In this document: positions 26,841-41,206 of the stretch, one piece after another | Layout: each line of letters opens with the position of its first letter | Numbering within the stretch: position 1 is the first letter of the stretch | Source: Octopus sinensis | Lineage: Eukaryota | Direction of reading: 5' to 3' | Length of the DNA: 64,000 bases | NCBI RefSeq assembly: GCF_006345805.1 | Contig: NC_042999.1 | Location: 164,114,001 to 164,178,000 of the forward strand | The notes under the pieces: model-generated | Told to the model about the DNA's origin: nothing | The model's database searches: none | Seen by the model: the letters and a program-made list of their open reading frames with translations, nothing else | Translations under genes and position numbers: made by a program

Positions 26841-27619
26841 CTGTTCAAATTTAAAGACGAAGACATATGTAGGAACAACAAACAGGTGTATTAGTTTTAC
26901 ACTCGGGAAAAATGGAATAGTCTTTAACGTTTCGAGCCTACGCTCTACGACAGAAAGGATTAAGAGAAAAAAATAGAGAGAGAATGAAAAGGATGGAGAG
27001 AGAAAAAGTGCAGAGTTCAACGGGGCAACATGGTCAGTGGTATGAATGTATGTATATATACATATACATACACATATATACATATGTATACATTTACATG
27101 TATGTGTGTATATATTTGTCATGTGCATCTATGTAAATATATATGTATGTACTGTGTATGTACATGACTGTTTGTTTATATAAAAACAGCTCAACACCAA
27201 ACTGAAGGACCTCTCAATCCTCTGAAGTAGAATACACAAACCTGTACTTAATTATACAAACGCAGATTAACAGTGACTTCGAAGTTTCGGTTTTGGATAA
27301 AAAAAATGTGAATCAGAAGGACTGAAATAATACATTTGAAAACAAGCTTAATCACACGTACACACACAAACACACACGCATACACATACACACACACATA
27401 AGCACACGCACATACACACATATGCACACACACACAAACACACACACGCACACATGCGCACATGCACACACACACACACAAACACAGACACACACAAACA
27501 ATAATTAGTGCAAGAAAGTTATAGATATATATGTGTGTGTACATACACTTTCATACATATACGTATGTATACATAGATACATATATACATGCATATACAC
27601 ATAAATAATACATGTGTGT

Positions 27620-27662
<43 letters not shown>

Positions 27663-27669
27663 ATGTATA

Positions 27670-28213
27670 CAGGGTGTTCGGGTTAAATTTGATAGTTTGC
27701 ATAAAAGTTTATAAAAAACAAAATAATCCATCCCAAAATAAAATATCTTATGAAGTCGAATAACTTCAACTAGATTTTGGCGGGAGATAACAGTTTACAC
27801 AAAGGAGCCTCCAGCAACGTCACATAGCTGTCTGAATTGAACCTAAGACCCTGCTCGAGGATGTAGGGCTGCATGATGTCACCATCACTGAAGACACACC
27901 GAAAGGCCATCAGAGTTTGGGGGACCTCGGTATTCATGATGTCCACGTCACATCTTACAGCCTTTGCAATGTTGACAGAGCAGTGAGCAGCAGTCATGAT
28001 GTCAGCATTTTGATACTCGGTACCAATCATCATGATACTGTTAACACTTTTCGTCTATTCAGATGGCTTCCAGTCCTCCATGTCGTCAAAATTTTCTCAA
28101 CTACAACTTAAATCTTTATGCTCTCCAACGCTGTTGACTGTTCACCAATGCATCACGCTATCCCTGAAACAAAACGGAGACGCAATAAATCGCCAAATTT
28201 TGCCCGAACACTG
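27670..28213 (-). mobile_element. Internally deleted maT/mariner-like element
   Basis: TIRs CAGGGTGTTCGG...AAATTT / AAATTTTGCCCGAACACTG with TA flanks. Transposase bits (MAFRCVFSDGDIMQPYILEQGLRFNSDSYV) are similar to the 53 kb element. Confidence 0.75.
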
Positions 28214-28542
28214 TATGTGTGTATGCAAATATTGATATATTAGGTCTATGTAACAGAATGCAATAAGGTGTTCCCCCGATCTATTGCCGTTAGGCATCTA
28301 AATGCATTTGGAACATCCAGTGATGGGTTCCAAATAAATGCAATGGCGAAATGTACGTAAAAACTAATAATTTACATTGGTATTTATCATACTTTTCTAC
28401 CGTCTATGATTTATATAACTAATAACACTGCAAAGTTTAGTGGTAAACGAAGCCGTATACTGGAACCAGACTGGATAATTATAATCTACCAGAAGCTCTA
28501 ACTCATGCAGTAGTAGTCATACATCTAACTGTACACACAATA

Positions 28543-28543
28543 G

Positions 28544-28597
<54 letters not shown>

Positions 28598-28609
28598 GTC
28601 TGTCTGTCG

Positions 28610-28657
<48 letters not shown>

Positions 28658-28765
28658 GTCTGTCTGTCTGTCTATCTGTCTGTCTATCTGTCTATCAAGC
28701 TATCTATATCTGTCTGTCTATCTATTTATCTGTCTGTCTATCTATGTCTGTCTATCTAGCTATCT
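28543..28765. repeat. Compound (TATC)n/(TGTC)n microsatellite
   Basis: Direct reading. Confidence 0.95.
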
Positions 28766-28777
28766 CCCTCTCTCACA

Positions 28778-28818
<41 letters not shown>

Positions 28819-29459
28819 GCATCATAAGTTGTTCGCGCCGAATTTCATGTTTCCGATCTTCGTACGATCTAATAAGAAACTAGCAAGCTGAAGTAACTAT
28901 TGTAAATTTTTTCTCGCTTTTAATATCATAAACACTCAAATCTTAATATTGAGTTCTTTCTTGCCACTTTCTCTTTTACACTCAAATGTTTGCACGTATA
29001 TGTACACATGCAAACACTCACTCGTGCACACGGGTACACACATATACGCGTGTTGTGTGTGTATGTTTGTGCGTATGTGTGTGCGCATGTGTGTGAGTGT
29101 GTGTGTACGCATTAAATTATGTAAAGTTAGTCAAAATATGTAGGGACTCGAATTTCTTGTGAGCAGAAAAAGCTTATTGCATTCAAATGAACGAATAAAG
29201 TAAGATTCTTTTCCTGTTGGCAGGAAAGTTTGAATATCAGCATGTTCTCTCTGGCATCATGTAACAAACAGTTTAATCCCGATCTCCCATATTGAGTACT
29301 CTTTCTGCTGTTCGTATCACTAACATATGAGTTTACATGTGTATACACACACACACACACGCACATACAGACATATGCATGTATATGTATATGTATGTGA
29401 ATATATACATACATAATATATATATATTATATATATAATTATATATATATATATATATA

Positions 29460-29574
29460 TCACGTGATCACGTGACCGACCAGTCCATCAGATGTAGTTA
29501 CACATCGCTGGTCACAATGCGCTCGCATTGTTTTAGCCTTCGAATGACGCCACCCCGCTGGCTAAACGAGCAGG

Positions 29575-29576
<2 letters not shown>
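29460..29576 (-). mobile_element. Family S5 copy
   Basis: Homologous to 11243-11362. Confidence 0.65.
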
Positions 29577-29620
<44 letters not shown>

Positions 29621-29726
29621 TATATATATATATATGTATGTAATATATATATATATATATTATATATATATATTATATATATATATATATTATATATATA
29701 TATATATAATATATATAGATATATAG

Positions 29727-29762
<36 letters not shown>

Positions 29763-30205
29763 CATATGTCTGTATGTATGTACGTATACAGCACACAATA
29801 CAAGTATATAACACTATCAGATTCTAATCTTTTTCTCCTTTCAGTCACATGTTCATATACACACAAATTCACGTGACTGCACACTGCTACATGATCATTT
29901 TATGTACCTTATATATTGTTGTTCTTCGCAGGCATATTTTTTATACAAATATATTATGTGACAAAACATAGTTTTGGAACGTTGGAATCAGTAGAGCACC
30001 GATATTTGAATTCAAAGGCCCGTTGTCGTTGATTTTACTTCATTTTCCAAAGGTTGATGAAATCAAGAACAGGAAGTTGATTTAATTGACCACAGTTTAA
30101 ACATCCTATATGTATATATGTAAATATGACAATAACCTGCCAAATTATAACTGCTGACAATGTTTTCATGTACAGCGTTATTTCAATATTAAATGTTATA
30201 GAGAA

Positions 30206-30410
30206 GGCGATGAACTAACTGAATCGTTAGCACGCCGGACAAAATGCTTAGCTGCATGCTGTTCGTCTTTATGTTCTGAGTTCGAATTCCGCCGAGGTCA
30301 TCCTTTCGTGATCGATAAAGTAAGAACAGTTTAAAACTGGGGTTCGATATAATAGACTTGCCCCCTCCACCGAAATTGCTGGATTTGTACCAAAATTTGA
30401 AACCAATATT
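30206..30410 (+). mobile_element. tRNA-derived SINE, family S1 (diverged)
   Basis: GAATCGTTAGCACGCCGGAC..GAGTTCGAATTCCGCCGAGGTC..AAAATTTGAAACC. Confidence 0.75.
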
Positions 30411-30848
30411 AAATATAATAGTCTTAAGAATTGGAACTTTTATTCCTAAATTCAAAAATTTTCGATGTAAGATTCAACGTGGCGTTCCTTTGACGATATC
30501 TGAATGATATTAATTGGTACTAATTAATTAATCAAGCAGTCAATAATTAGTATCTCCTGTTAACGGATGCTGTGTTTTGTTGTGTGGAGGAAATGCTTTC
30601 ACTCAGAAACTGCTCGGCCTAGAGTTAGATGAAATATTGACAGAGTAACTGTGGACACAAGCAGCAGGATCTTTGTAAATCAGACAAACGTTTCATCAAC
30701 TTCTAGTACTGAAGTATGAATTAAAATTCCTTCAACAGATGAGCATAGCTCTTGGAGAAAGGAAAACATTGTGGATAAAAGAGGGAGAGGGAGATAGAGA
30801 GTGAGAAAGAGAGAGAAAGGAAGAGGGAAAGAGAAAGAGAGAGAAAGA

Positions 30849-30888
<40 letters not shown>

Positions 30889-31494
30889 TTAAGAGAAAGA
30901 GAAGGAGCATAATGTGATGGGTTCACTACATCTGACTTGTCCAACATTTACACCACATAAAAATGAAATCTTCAGTGATTCCCTTCCACCCCGAGGAGCA
31001 ATGACACTCACCAACCGAACGATACATGAAATATCGGCTGTAAACAGGTGAAATAATAAAAGTAAAGCTTAACACTCTCAGCAGCGAAAGCTTTCAGAGT
31101 TGAGTTCAATACCAAGGCTAGAAATGTACTCTGATACAGTATTTGCTGAAGTTACTGTCATTCATCAATGGGGTTGTCAGGAATGGTAATTTGATTCTTA
31201 AAAAACCACACGAGCATATATTTTCCCTTGTAATGGCAAACCTCGTTACAATACAAAGAACATACGACCCATATAAAATAACAAAATGTGTAACAAACGG
31301 TTGATTGGAAGGAAATAATAGCAATAGGCTTTATTCTTCTTCCGAAGAAATTATTATAATTATTATTATCATTATTATTATTATTATTATTATTACATGA
31401 AAAACTCGCAGCTTATTTTGCTGGGTATGATGGAAAGTGTCAGCTGTCCACAGCCAGCAGACTAAGGTGACATTTGTTTACTGGTCATGCTTCA

Positions 31495-31498
31495 ATTA

Positions 31499-31534
<36 letters not shown>

Positions 31535-31586
31535 TATTACTTTTTTCTTCTTCTTTCAAATTTGCTTCCATTTCTTGCCGAGTGTC

Positions 31587-31680
<94 letters not shown>

Positions 31681-31681
31681 T
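31495..31681. repeat. (ATT)n and (AGT)n trinucleotide arrays
   Basis: Direct reading. These produce the poly-I/poly-L/poly-S pseudo-ORFs. Confidence 0.95.
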
Positions 31682-34600
31682 TGCCCTACTGCTACCGTTT
31701 GAAATGTCCCTCTCATCCATCAGCCTTGGGGTTAATAAAACAAATTATTATTAGAAAGCAGTGAATGTCAGAATGTTATCATAGAAATAGCTTCTATGTT
31801 AACGTATGTTTGAAAGAATTTCACTGAACAGCTTCTTTCTTACGTTTTTTTTTTAATAAAGCCAAACAGCAACCATAAAAATAATATTTACAGAGAACTG
31901 TTCAATTATCTTTAATGTATATGTGAGCGCGCGAGTGTGTGTGATTCTTTATTTTAGTTTACGATTTGATTTTGTTTTTTTTTGTTTTTTTTTTATTTAT
32001 ATATTTTTTTCACAAGCCCAACATTGTACAGAAAAGTTCGTTGATTTACTCTGCCACGAATCAGGAGTATGTCGGCAATCTTTTATAATTTAATCATGGT
32101 AGAGTAACTATGACACTTGTAATAGCAAAACAATTACAAAAGTGGAAGAAACATGGATATAATTTTGAAGCATTAATGGTTTACTCACTTGAATCCGACG
32201 TAGGCACGTTAGGTTTCGGAAGTACTGAAGATGAGAAATTAAGAAACGAATTTGGGATGCAAAGCAAAAATCTATTAGGAAAAAAAGCTACGTGAGGGGG
32301 AAGAGTGAAGTAGTAAGAACAAGAAAGAGAGATAGACACAGAAAGGGTAAGGGAGAGAGAGAGAGAGAGTAAATGAGAGAGAGAAAGAGAGAGTGTGTGA
32401 GAGGAGAATTTTCAAAATGGTTACATAAAATGGCAGTAAAGAGCTTGTATCAAAACAGATTGTCATCAAAATAGGAATATATGTCAAGAAATGATTTGCT
32501 TGAAAACAAAATTTTTCGTACCGAAACCGGATTTAGATTTTAAATTTTATAAGTAGGTATAATTCTATGGAAGCTCTCGACTCACCCTCTTATGTTTTAA
32601 ACAGCTTGAATTTTACATATCAATCATTGGCAATGCTCTTATGATTCCATCAGCGAAGAGGTAGCTTTTACTTCACTGAAAATACATATTATTGAGTTAT
32701 GTTGTTGTGTATATAATATAGTGATAACGAAATATCAACCATTATCTTAATAACAATATATGATATCAAATAAATAAAGTTTTATTATATGACAATAAGG
32801 AGATGTCAACGATCTCATTACTACTGATGAAAAAAATACATGAAAACAAACAAAATTCAAGATTCACAAATTCTTGAAATATTGCCGCTTGTACGATTTT
32901 TTCCGATTCTTGAATTTCTTTATTAATATTTTAAATATATTTTGTTTGAATCAAGACATCTGCTGCATTGATCATTTATATCATTATATATGTTTTAAAA
33001 TGAATTATAAAAATATTCTTCAAAAATAATTGTTACAAAATGTTCAACACTAATTTACTGTTTGCTGAATTCCAGGTGGCAAATAAAAGAAACTGTTTAA
33101 CTGGTGTGTGTTTTCTTTATTCAGTAGTTCAGTTTATAAACAAAAATATTAATTTTTTTTATATCACTATTATTGCAAATTTATTAGTATAGTATAGCAC
33201 TTTATCATTATATCATTTGCTAGTGTAGTACACCAATGAGGTGTAATATCAGTGCCGCAAGTGTTCGAAAAGTTGTAACAATAGTTGATAGCTATGATGT
33301 ACCGGTTGCCTGTGCGGCGTTTGCATGCATCATGAGCACTTCTGATATATAACTTAAAATATGATGGGCGCCATTGAATTAAACATGCCTACTTTCGATA
33401 TCCGGCTGTGCTAATTTAGTTTACTTATACCTCAAATGCTTTTGGGAAAGGCATGAACATCATAGCATCTCACCTCTTCAACACCAAATAAACGCAAAGT
33501 AGTATGTAAGAAATTGAGTTCCATTTTCATAGATATAACTGTTAGTTGTAGTAAATTAGTTCACAGTAATATATCATGTCAGTAAAATGGTATATGCAAT
33601 CATTAGCTCACTTTAGAAGTTCTACATTAAGATGATTTGAATGTGACTTCCTGTGTGTATGCCCATGTGCAAGTTTGAGTATACGCGCATGCGCACACGT
33701 GTGTATGTGCGTGTGTGTGTATGTACATGCATAAAAATTATAGTAGTAGTAGTAGTAGTATGTAGTGGAAGGGAGAGAGAGTTAGATATGTTGATAGAAA
33801 TACCGTTCACACACCAATAGAGATACATACACACACACGCGCGCGCACCCACCCACACAATCATATGTACGTATACAGGCACTCGTACGCAGAGAATCAA
33901 GGTGTGATGCATTTGTATATCCAAATTTCTTTAAAACAAAATTGTTTCATATAAATTTGAGTGTTGTTTTAAGAAAGCCACAAGAATAATTTTTAATTCA
34001 TTGCCAAAAGCTATCTTTAAATTATAATTAATTCAATTAGAAAACACTGACCTTTTTCAATTTTCGAAATTGGGCGTGCAAAGAAACTTTGAAAAAAAAG
34101 GGTGGGGGGATGCATTATATAAATATAGCTTCGAATTCTCTCTTGCAATGAAAACTAAGGTGTATCTGGAATTGATAACCGCAAACAACATTTTTCGCTT
34201 GAATATTTTATTTTCCTTTGCTTTCCTGGTCGAATATATATAAATTCTATGTTTTTTTGCTTGTTTTACTTTTTTCTTTCTTTTTTTTTTTCGCAAATTT
34301 GCATTTAAATCTTGAAGAAAAAGAAAGAGGAAACTTTATTTCATTCGCATTTGGCTGTGGAACTTTCCATGGATTGTTTTCTTTTTTATTTTTATACATT
34401 ATTTATTTTGTAAACGTAAAAAAAACATAAACCATTTGTGTGTGTGCGTGTATGTGTATGTGTGGGTGTGTATGTGTGCGTGGTCCTAAGACTATCATTA
34501 GTAGAAGCATCATTTGAGAATTCACTCACTATCCAACGAGGTAATAATTCTAAAGAAAAAAAAATTATTATTATAATAATAATAATGCTTCTTTTTTGAT

Positions 34601-36079
34601 GGATTGATTTCTGTTTTTTTTTTATTATCTTTTATATATTATATACTTTTTATGCTCATTAGATGCTCTTTCAATGCAAAATAAAATTTGAACATTTTTC
34701 TTTGTGGGGACATCAATGACCGGTGGAACCATATTTGCTGAGAAGAGAAAACAAAATCATTCATAATTTTATCTAAGGGAATATTCTTTCAGACGACCTT
34801 CCGCAGCTTGGTCACGTGCAACACATTCCATTTGGGTTTTTTCTAAACCCGACTGTAGCAATTTGACAGATATCACATAGCTAACTGTTTTCTGTTTGTC
34901 TCTGCTCATATCTATCTTAATCTGAAAATATTGATTTTTTTTCCCCACAAAAACGACAAAAACATTATGATAATAATGATAATAATAATAATAACAACAA
35001 TAATAATAATAAAAGTCGGAATACCAATGAATTTTTTATCGTTATTTCATATTCGCCAATAAAAATATAATTGGGAAAATATAACTGACATATTTGTCGT
35101 TGCTTTGTCTTTTTTAAAATTTAATCAGAGAGAATTGGATCACCGCAAATTTCTGAAGTAAGTTGGATTATACCATTACATCTCCTATCTAGAGCACAAA
35201 GTATTGATATTTCACGAACAATATATTTTTCGTTTCTTTTATATCTTGAACGGAAAGATGGTGTTTGTAGATATGTTATCCGACATATTATTGATGGCTT
35301 CATTGTTTGAAATTGAACAGATAACCTATTTGGAATTGGCAGAAAGCTAGACATGGTGTATGACAGTATTTAATGTAATGCTTCAAGAATTTACTTGATT
35401 ATGATAATAATGACAATAATAATAATAACAACAATAATAATCATTCAGAATTTTATCTATTTGGAAAATAGATAAAAAATAAAGCCTGAAGAAACAAGTG
35501 ATTGGCAAACTTAATCAAGTCCTTCGCTCCCTCTGGAGCTTAGGCCACCAGCAACTTTTCTCCATTGTTTTCGACTCTAAGTCGTCTTTTCTGCTTCTCT
35601 TCATTTGTTTTCTGTTTTTTTTTCCAGCTCTGTCTCAGTATCCTGCCTCCAGCTATTTTTAAGGCGTACTTTCTTCCACCTCCCTTTGGGTTCAAGATAC
35701 TTGGGGGAAGCCCTTCGTTCCCAGGTCTTGTTCGTTTGAATTGTCATCGATTTTTCTATAACTTTGCTTTTTTCTAGGTAGGGGTATTGGCTCTATGCAA
35801 ACAAATTTTTACGACCAAGAAGAGATGAACCATGTTAGTATGGCCTCTATCCTATGACCATTCCAGCATGGAAGGCCCTAGAAGGAGCTTGTGTTCTACT
35901 GGCATAGTTCTCAGGATCATTGGAACATACAAGCCACCACACCGCAACAAGGAGTCGACCTTGTGGTGATTATAATGGTTTGCGTAGGCAAAAATACTGA
36001 GTGCTTTGGCGAAAGCATTGTTCTTTTTTTATATAATAAACATCTTCAACCGTGTCTGACATGTGAACTAGCTAAGTTT

Positions 36080-36720
36080 GTCAACTTAAAACTCTATCAA
36101 TGTTTTATTTCTTGGATCAGAGATTTTGTGTCAGACTACCCGCATGACAGCGTGCACTAATAAAACTCATTCCCATCAATTCTTGTATACCTCAAGGATC
36201 AGTAATGTCCCTCATATTCTTCCTTCTCTACAGAAATGATTTGCCCGCTGTTACCTTTAACCTCACATTCCTGTGCAGATCAAACTACTTTTCAATTTTC
36301 GATAACCTGTACACGAATTCATTTTCTTATTATCGCTTTGTCAGAGGAGAAAGAGCCACTCCATAGCACTTTCAGATGGGTTGAAGTAATTCTCATACCC
36401 GTGCTGCAATGCTTACAATGCTTACAGAGTGAACTCCACTAAGGACCAAGTAGTCGGGTTAAACTATCAGACAAAGTAAATCTACAATTCATTATGACAT
36501 CACCTCCGAAAGTGTCTGTTTAAAGATATTACATCTATAAATAAAATGTTTATGAGAATCACTGTACAAATCTAGAAAAACTTTTACAACACTATATTCT
36601 TTATATACATATCAATTACAAATACAAAGCCTTACAATTTCGATGATCTCAGATGATGACCATGCACATGCAGCATTGTCAGACCAGAACCCCTAAATTC
36701 CCTTTGTGCTGTCAGCCTGT
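36080..36720 (+). mobile_element. Highly degraded CR1/Jockey-group RT remnant
   Basis: Near 36175 the + strand reads INSCIPQGSVMSLIFFLLYRNDL (cf. GVPQGSVLSPxLFxxYINDL), preceded by ISWIRDFVSD. Confidence 0.55.
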
Positions 36721-37369
36721 CATAACCGTTCCGTTTTTTTTTTTATTACACTCATTACACACAAGCACATATTCACACATATTTCTATAAATGTATGCAT
36801 GCATGTATTATATACATATTCATAGGAGCGAGCCTGAATATATAACCTAGGGGAAGTGGGGTGGAAGAGAGTTTAAATCATTTAATACCCCGCCCCTAAT
36901 AACGCTCCCGAATCCTCTGAGAGTTATATATACTTAAAACGAATAATTGTTCTTGTAAGTTTCAGAATATAAGTGTTAACTCGTCTCAACACAAGTATTT
37001 ATACCTAACTATCTGTTATGAAATAGAGGTAGAAATATAGCAAATACTAATAAACCCAGTGGTCTGGAGGATATAAATTATACAATTATAATTAAAAAGA
37101 ACAGGTTATGTAAAAGGAGCATAACATGGTTCAATCACCTTCTCGGGCTACACGTAACTACGGATGCAAATGGTATCTTTAAAGCACTCGATAAAATTTC
37201 CCCTACACACACGTAACATAGCATCTTTAAGAGGCACACTGTTGGATTATCGTATTTCACCAAACCAAACTTTGCGCAGGATATAGCTGTCGTAAATAAT
37301 AGAAAATCACAAATTATGCAGTAATATCAATAGGAACCCACTAAACCTTCCAGCGGAACGTAATAATCT

Positions 37370-38372
37370 TGTCCTTTTTGTTGAACCATTGCTCCGAAAG
37401 AACCAAAATGGATTCAGACATGGGCGCTCAACGCTGAGCCAGATACTATGCCTACGCAGACTTATTGAAGAATCAAAAGCATTTAATCGCGATCTTGCAA
37501 TGGTATTTGTAGACTTTTCTAAAGCGTTCGATTCTGTAGATAGGTACAAGATGTTTGAAATCCTTAAGCTCTATGGGATACCAGACAAAATCATTTCTGC
37601 CATCAAGGTCCTCTACACAGATACGTCTTCAACCATCTTAACCCCTGACGGAGAAACATCATCTTTCTCAATCAAAGCCGGAATACTGCAGGGAGACACA
37701 CTCGCCCCATTTCTTTTCATCATTGTTGTTGATTATGTGCTACGTATGTCAGTTAATACCATATCTGGCAAGGGCTTTGAAATAAAACCAAGAAGAAGTT
37801 CCAGACACCCAGCTGAGTACTTGGCAGACACTGACTTTGCTGACGACATCGCTCTTATCAGTGATTCTCTCTCCAATGCCCAGTCTCTTTTACAATCTCT
37901 TGAACAAGCTTCAAATTGTGTAGGTCTTTACCTCAATGAGGTCAAAACTGAATACATAAACAAGTGCCTGTCCAACAGTGATTGCATCATCCATACTCTC
38001 AACAATGCACCCTTAAATATGGTTTCTGATTATAAATATCTTGGGTCATACATATCATCGTCTGGAAAAGACTTCCTAACTAGAAAGGGTATGGCCTGGT
38101 CAGCCTGTAATGACTGACAAGTAGAGACTTCAAACTTGAAATCTTCAAAGCCACAGTCGAACCAATTCTACTATATGGCTCAGAAACCTGGACGTTATCA
38201 AAGAAGCTTGAGAGGCTGTTGGATGGAACCTACACTCGCCTCCTTATGAGAGCTCAAAATCTCTCGTGGAAGTGCCATCCAGCAACAGGACCTCCGTAAT
38301 GCCATGATGGACCGTGAAGTCTGGCGTAGCATGGTAAATTCCATTGTCTCGACCACGGTCGAACAATGATGA
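37370..38372 (+). mobile_element. 5'-truncated, internally deleted RTE-like LINE RT fragment
   Basis: ORF 37389-38117: QNGFR, FVDFSKAFDS, GILQGDTLAPFLF, DFADDIAL, YKYLGS. Continues frameshifted (ILLYGSETW) and ends in a hairpin plus (ATG)n-like tail. Confidence 0.88.
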
Positions 38373-38445
38373 TTATGAATAATCTCAATTCTAGCCGACA
38401 GAATAGTAATATGTCGTGACAGCCGATGACGGATGATACAGAATA

Positions 38446-38502
<57 letters not shown>

Positions 38503-38506
<4 letters not shown>

Positions 38507-39322
38507 GTCTTCGGTCTAAATTTGACACATTGCATAAAAATAAAATAAAATGCAATATCCTTCCCAAAAGTAAAAGATTGTTTTTTTTATTAAATCAAAA
38601 AATATCAACTAGATTATGGCTGGGTGTTTACTCAGTGTAGCCACCCTCAGCTTCAACCACACCCTCATAATGGGTCCGGAATCTGATTCATGCATTCTTC
38701 GCTATGCTCCTGAAAAATTCTTCGAACTTCTTGATCTTGGTCACCAGTTCGGCCTTGCTGTTGCAGATAGAGTGGCTGGTGTCTTTCTCAACCGCGCTCA
38801 ACACATAGGATTACTATCAGGAAAATTAGGAGGTCAGAAATTGGTTCTGATGAAGTAGAAATTCTCCGATAATCACTTCTGATTCATTTCTGCACATATG
38901 GCCTTCCAGCAGCAACACTCCCCAGCCAGGATTTAATCATAGTCTTCAGCAGCTTCACATAACCATCTACATTGAGCAAAGGCCCTGTTTAAAGATGTGG
39001 AGATGAATTCCGGCGTGCGGACACGATCAGAATGCCTGCTGGTTACGGCCTCGTAGTCACCGTTGTAGATGTCCATACCACGTCTTACAGCCTTTACAAT
39101 AACAGAGCATTGAACAGCAATCATGTTGTCGGCATTTTGATACCAGGTGCAAATCATCATGATACAGGTAACTCTTTTCCAATATTCGGATGGCTTACAG
39201 TCCTCCATGTCAGGTAAATTTTTCTCAATTACATTTTAAATTCTATGCTCGCCAGCGCCGTTGGCTGTTAATCAAATTGTTCCTCAAAAAAAGAAGACAC
39301 CCTGGGTGTTCGAGCCAAATTA
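38503..39322 (-). mobile_element. Deleted copy related to the 27.7 kb maT-like family
   Basis: About 39070-39270 is similar to 27940-28140. ORF 38933-39208 is a transposase N-terminus (..SDRVRTPEFI). TIR-like GGGTCTTCGGTCTAAATTT. Confidence 0.65.
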
Positions 39323-39340
39323 TACGATATATAATATATA

Positions 39341-39401
<61 letters not shown>

Positions 39402-39773
39402 AATTTGACATGTGCGATTCTTTCTTGTCTTGGGATTCACGGTCAAATGGCTGGGTGGAATTGCGCGAAAAAATTACACAGGTGTGTAGAATGATCCGGT
39501 GGTGATGCTGGGCTTTTTATTTTTTCATACCTCTCATGGTTACCGAGATAATCTACTATAATAATACTCTTGTGTTTATGAATAAGAAAGGAAGGGGTGA
39601 TAGATAAATAAGAAAAGAAGGGGTGATGTCATATTTTTTCATAGTTCCCATGGTTATGAATGAGAAAGGAAGTCGAAATACATACTAGCATTGTAATACA
39701 AAAATAACTATATATATAAGGTATAAAGCCAAATTCAAATGCGAAAGGCAACATTTTCTGAAAGTCAAATATT

Positions 39774-40275
39774 TTACCCATACGGTATTTTTTCGGTTGA
39801 CATTATAAACCTCGTAGCGTGCCTGCAGGAATTTATGAGCTCGCGTCTCTGGTTCAATGCATGTTTATTCTGGAAATGGATGAAGAACTTTTCTGAGAGG
39901 CAAAGATTACATTTCATAGGTCTTTTATAAACTCCATGTTTGTATGATGGTGCTTTTTTCAAAATTGCCCAACTGGTATTGAAAAGACGGTTGTCATTCT
40001 CTTTTAATTGCCAGAAATGTTTTCCAAGACTTGTTGCTGTCCTATTCTCAGGGTATCGAAAAGAATTTCGGTGGGAATAAAACCGATTGTTGACTGAATT
40101 TTCCGAAGCCCCTGTGCAAGTTTTATATCCTTGTGAGCCATCTATTTGAACTTTAGCTCTATAAACAGGTCCTTTTTCAAGACATTTACCTTCTAACGGA
40201 CAGCAAGTCTTATCTTTGAAATTGCAGTTCCTCAGATTAGATCCTGCACTGTGGTTGTTTGGTATGTGTATGTAT
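39774..40275 (-). mobile_element. Penelope-like element GIY-YIG domain, stop-free frame
   Basis: Hand translation: CNFKDKTCCPLEGKCLEKGPVYRAKV..TCTGASEN..RFYSHRNSF..TSLGKHFWQLK..CNLCLSEK..LNQRRELINSCRH. The YIG motif is degenerated to CTG. Confidence 0.85.
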
Positions 40276-40612
40276 TGCTAAATGTATATGCATTTCAGCA
40301 TGTTATTTTTTTTATGAGAGATTTTAAAACAGATACATCTTTTAATTTATTTAAATGTATAATTATTTTTACCACTAATTATTTACCTTGGGTATTCAGG
40401 TCTTTTTCTTTCTTCATAAACTTTTTTGATTTAGGTTTTCTTCCGTTTTTATAATGATATGATTTTAAATCGTAATTGTAATTTCATGTAACCGGTTATT
40501 GAAAAGACCGTTAGTTGAAAAGGACCAATGAAACAAAACAATTTTCAAATGTGTATCTATCAACGCAGTTGTATATTTATGCATATAACTTTAGTTTTGT
40601 TCCATTCTAAAC

Positions 40613-40658
40613 AAAACTGTCCGACGAACGAGAACGTGAAACTCTGAGTAACAGTTTT
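40613..40658 (+). ncRNA. Minimal type I hammerhead motif (CCGACGA core)
   Basis: AAAACUGU-CCGACGA-ACG AGAA CGU-GAAA-CUCUGAG-UA-ACAGUUUU, with an 8-bp stem I. Confidence 0.7.
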
Positions 40659-40690
40659 TTAAAATATTTTTTGCTGCTTTTTTTAATAAA

Positions 40691-40749
<59 letters not shown>

Positions 40750-40768
40750 TATATATATATATATATAC

Positions 40769-40807
<39 letters not shown>

Positions 40808-40923
40808 GGTAATATATATATATACGGTATATTTGAAATATTAATCGTAAATGGTATTTTTACATACCGAACACTGCTCGGTCGAATAATTAATAATTAA
40901 TTAATTCTACCCTTTTTTATTGA

Positions 40924-40963
<40 letters not shown>

Positions 40964-40965
<2 letters not shown>

Positions 40966-41165
40966 TTAATCCAAACGGGAAAACAGAAAAAACAACAACA
41001 CGTGGAACAATTACAGTATGGTTATTATTAGGCGCTCAGGAAAATGGAAGAAGGTGGGTATGACGTTTCGAGCGGAGCTCTTCGTCGGAAACATAGGAGA
41101 AAGAAAGATCCCGAGACGGGAGGACAGAGGAAAAAAAAATTGCAGGTAGTCTTCACGAGGTCACA
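40964..41165 (-). mobile_element. Family A copy with hammerhead motif
   Basis: Reverse-complement homologue of 10983-11187. HHR at about 41058-41092 with a GUC site. Confidence 0.7.
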
Positions 41166-41171
41166 TACTAA

Positions 41172-41204
<33 letters not shown>

Positions 41205-41206
<2 letters not shown>

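Noticed and set aside
30540-31210. Complex-looking segments that might be exons of another gene
   Set aside because: The frames I translated close quickly and show no recognisable protein motif. An exon cannot be excluded without RNA data.
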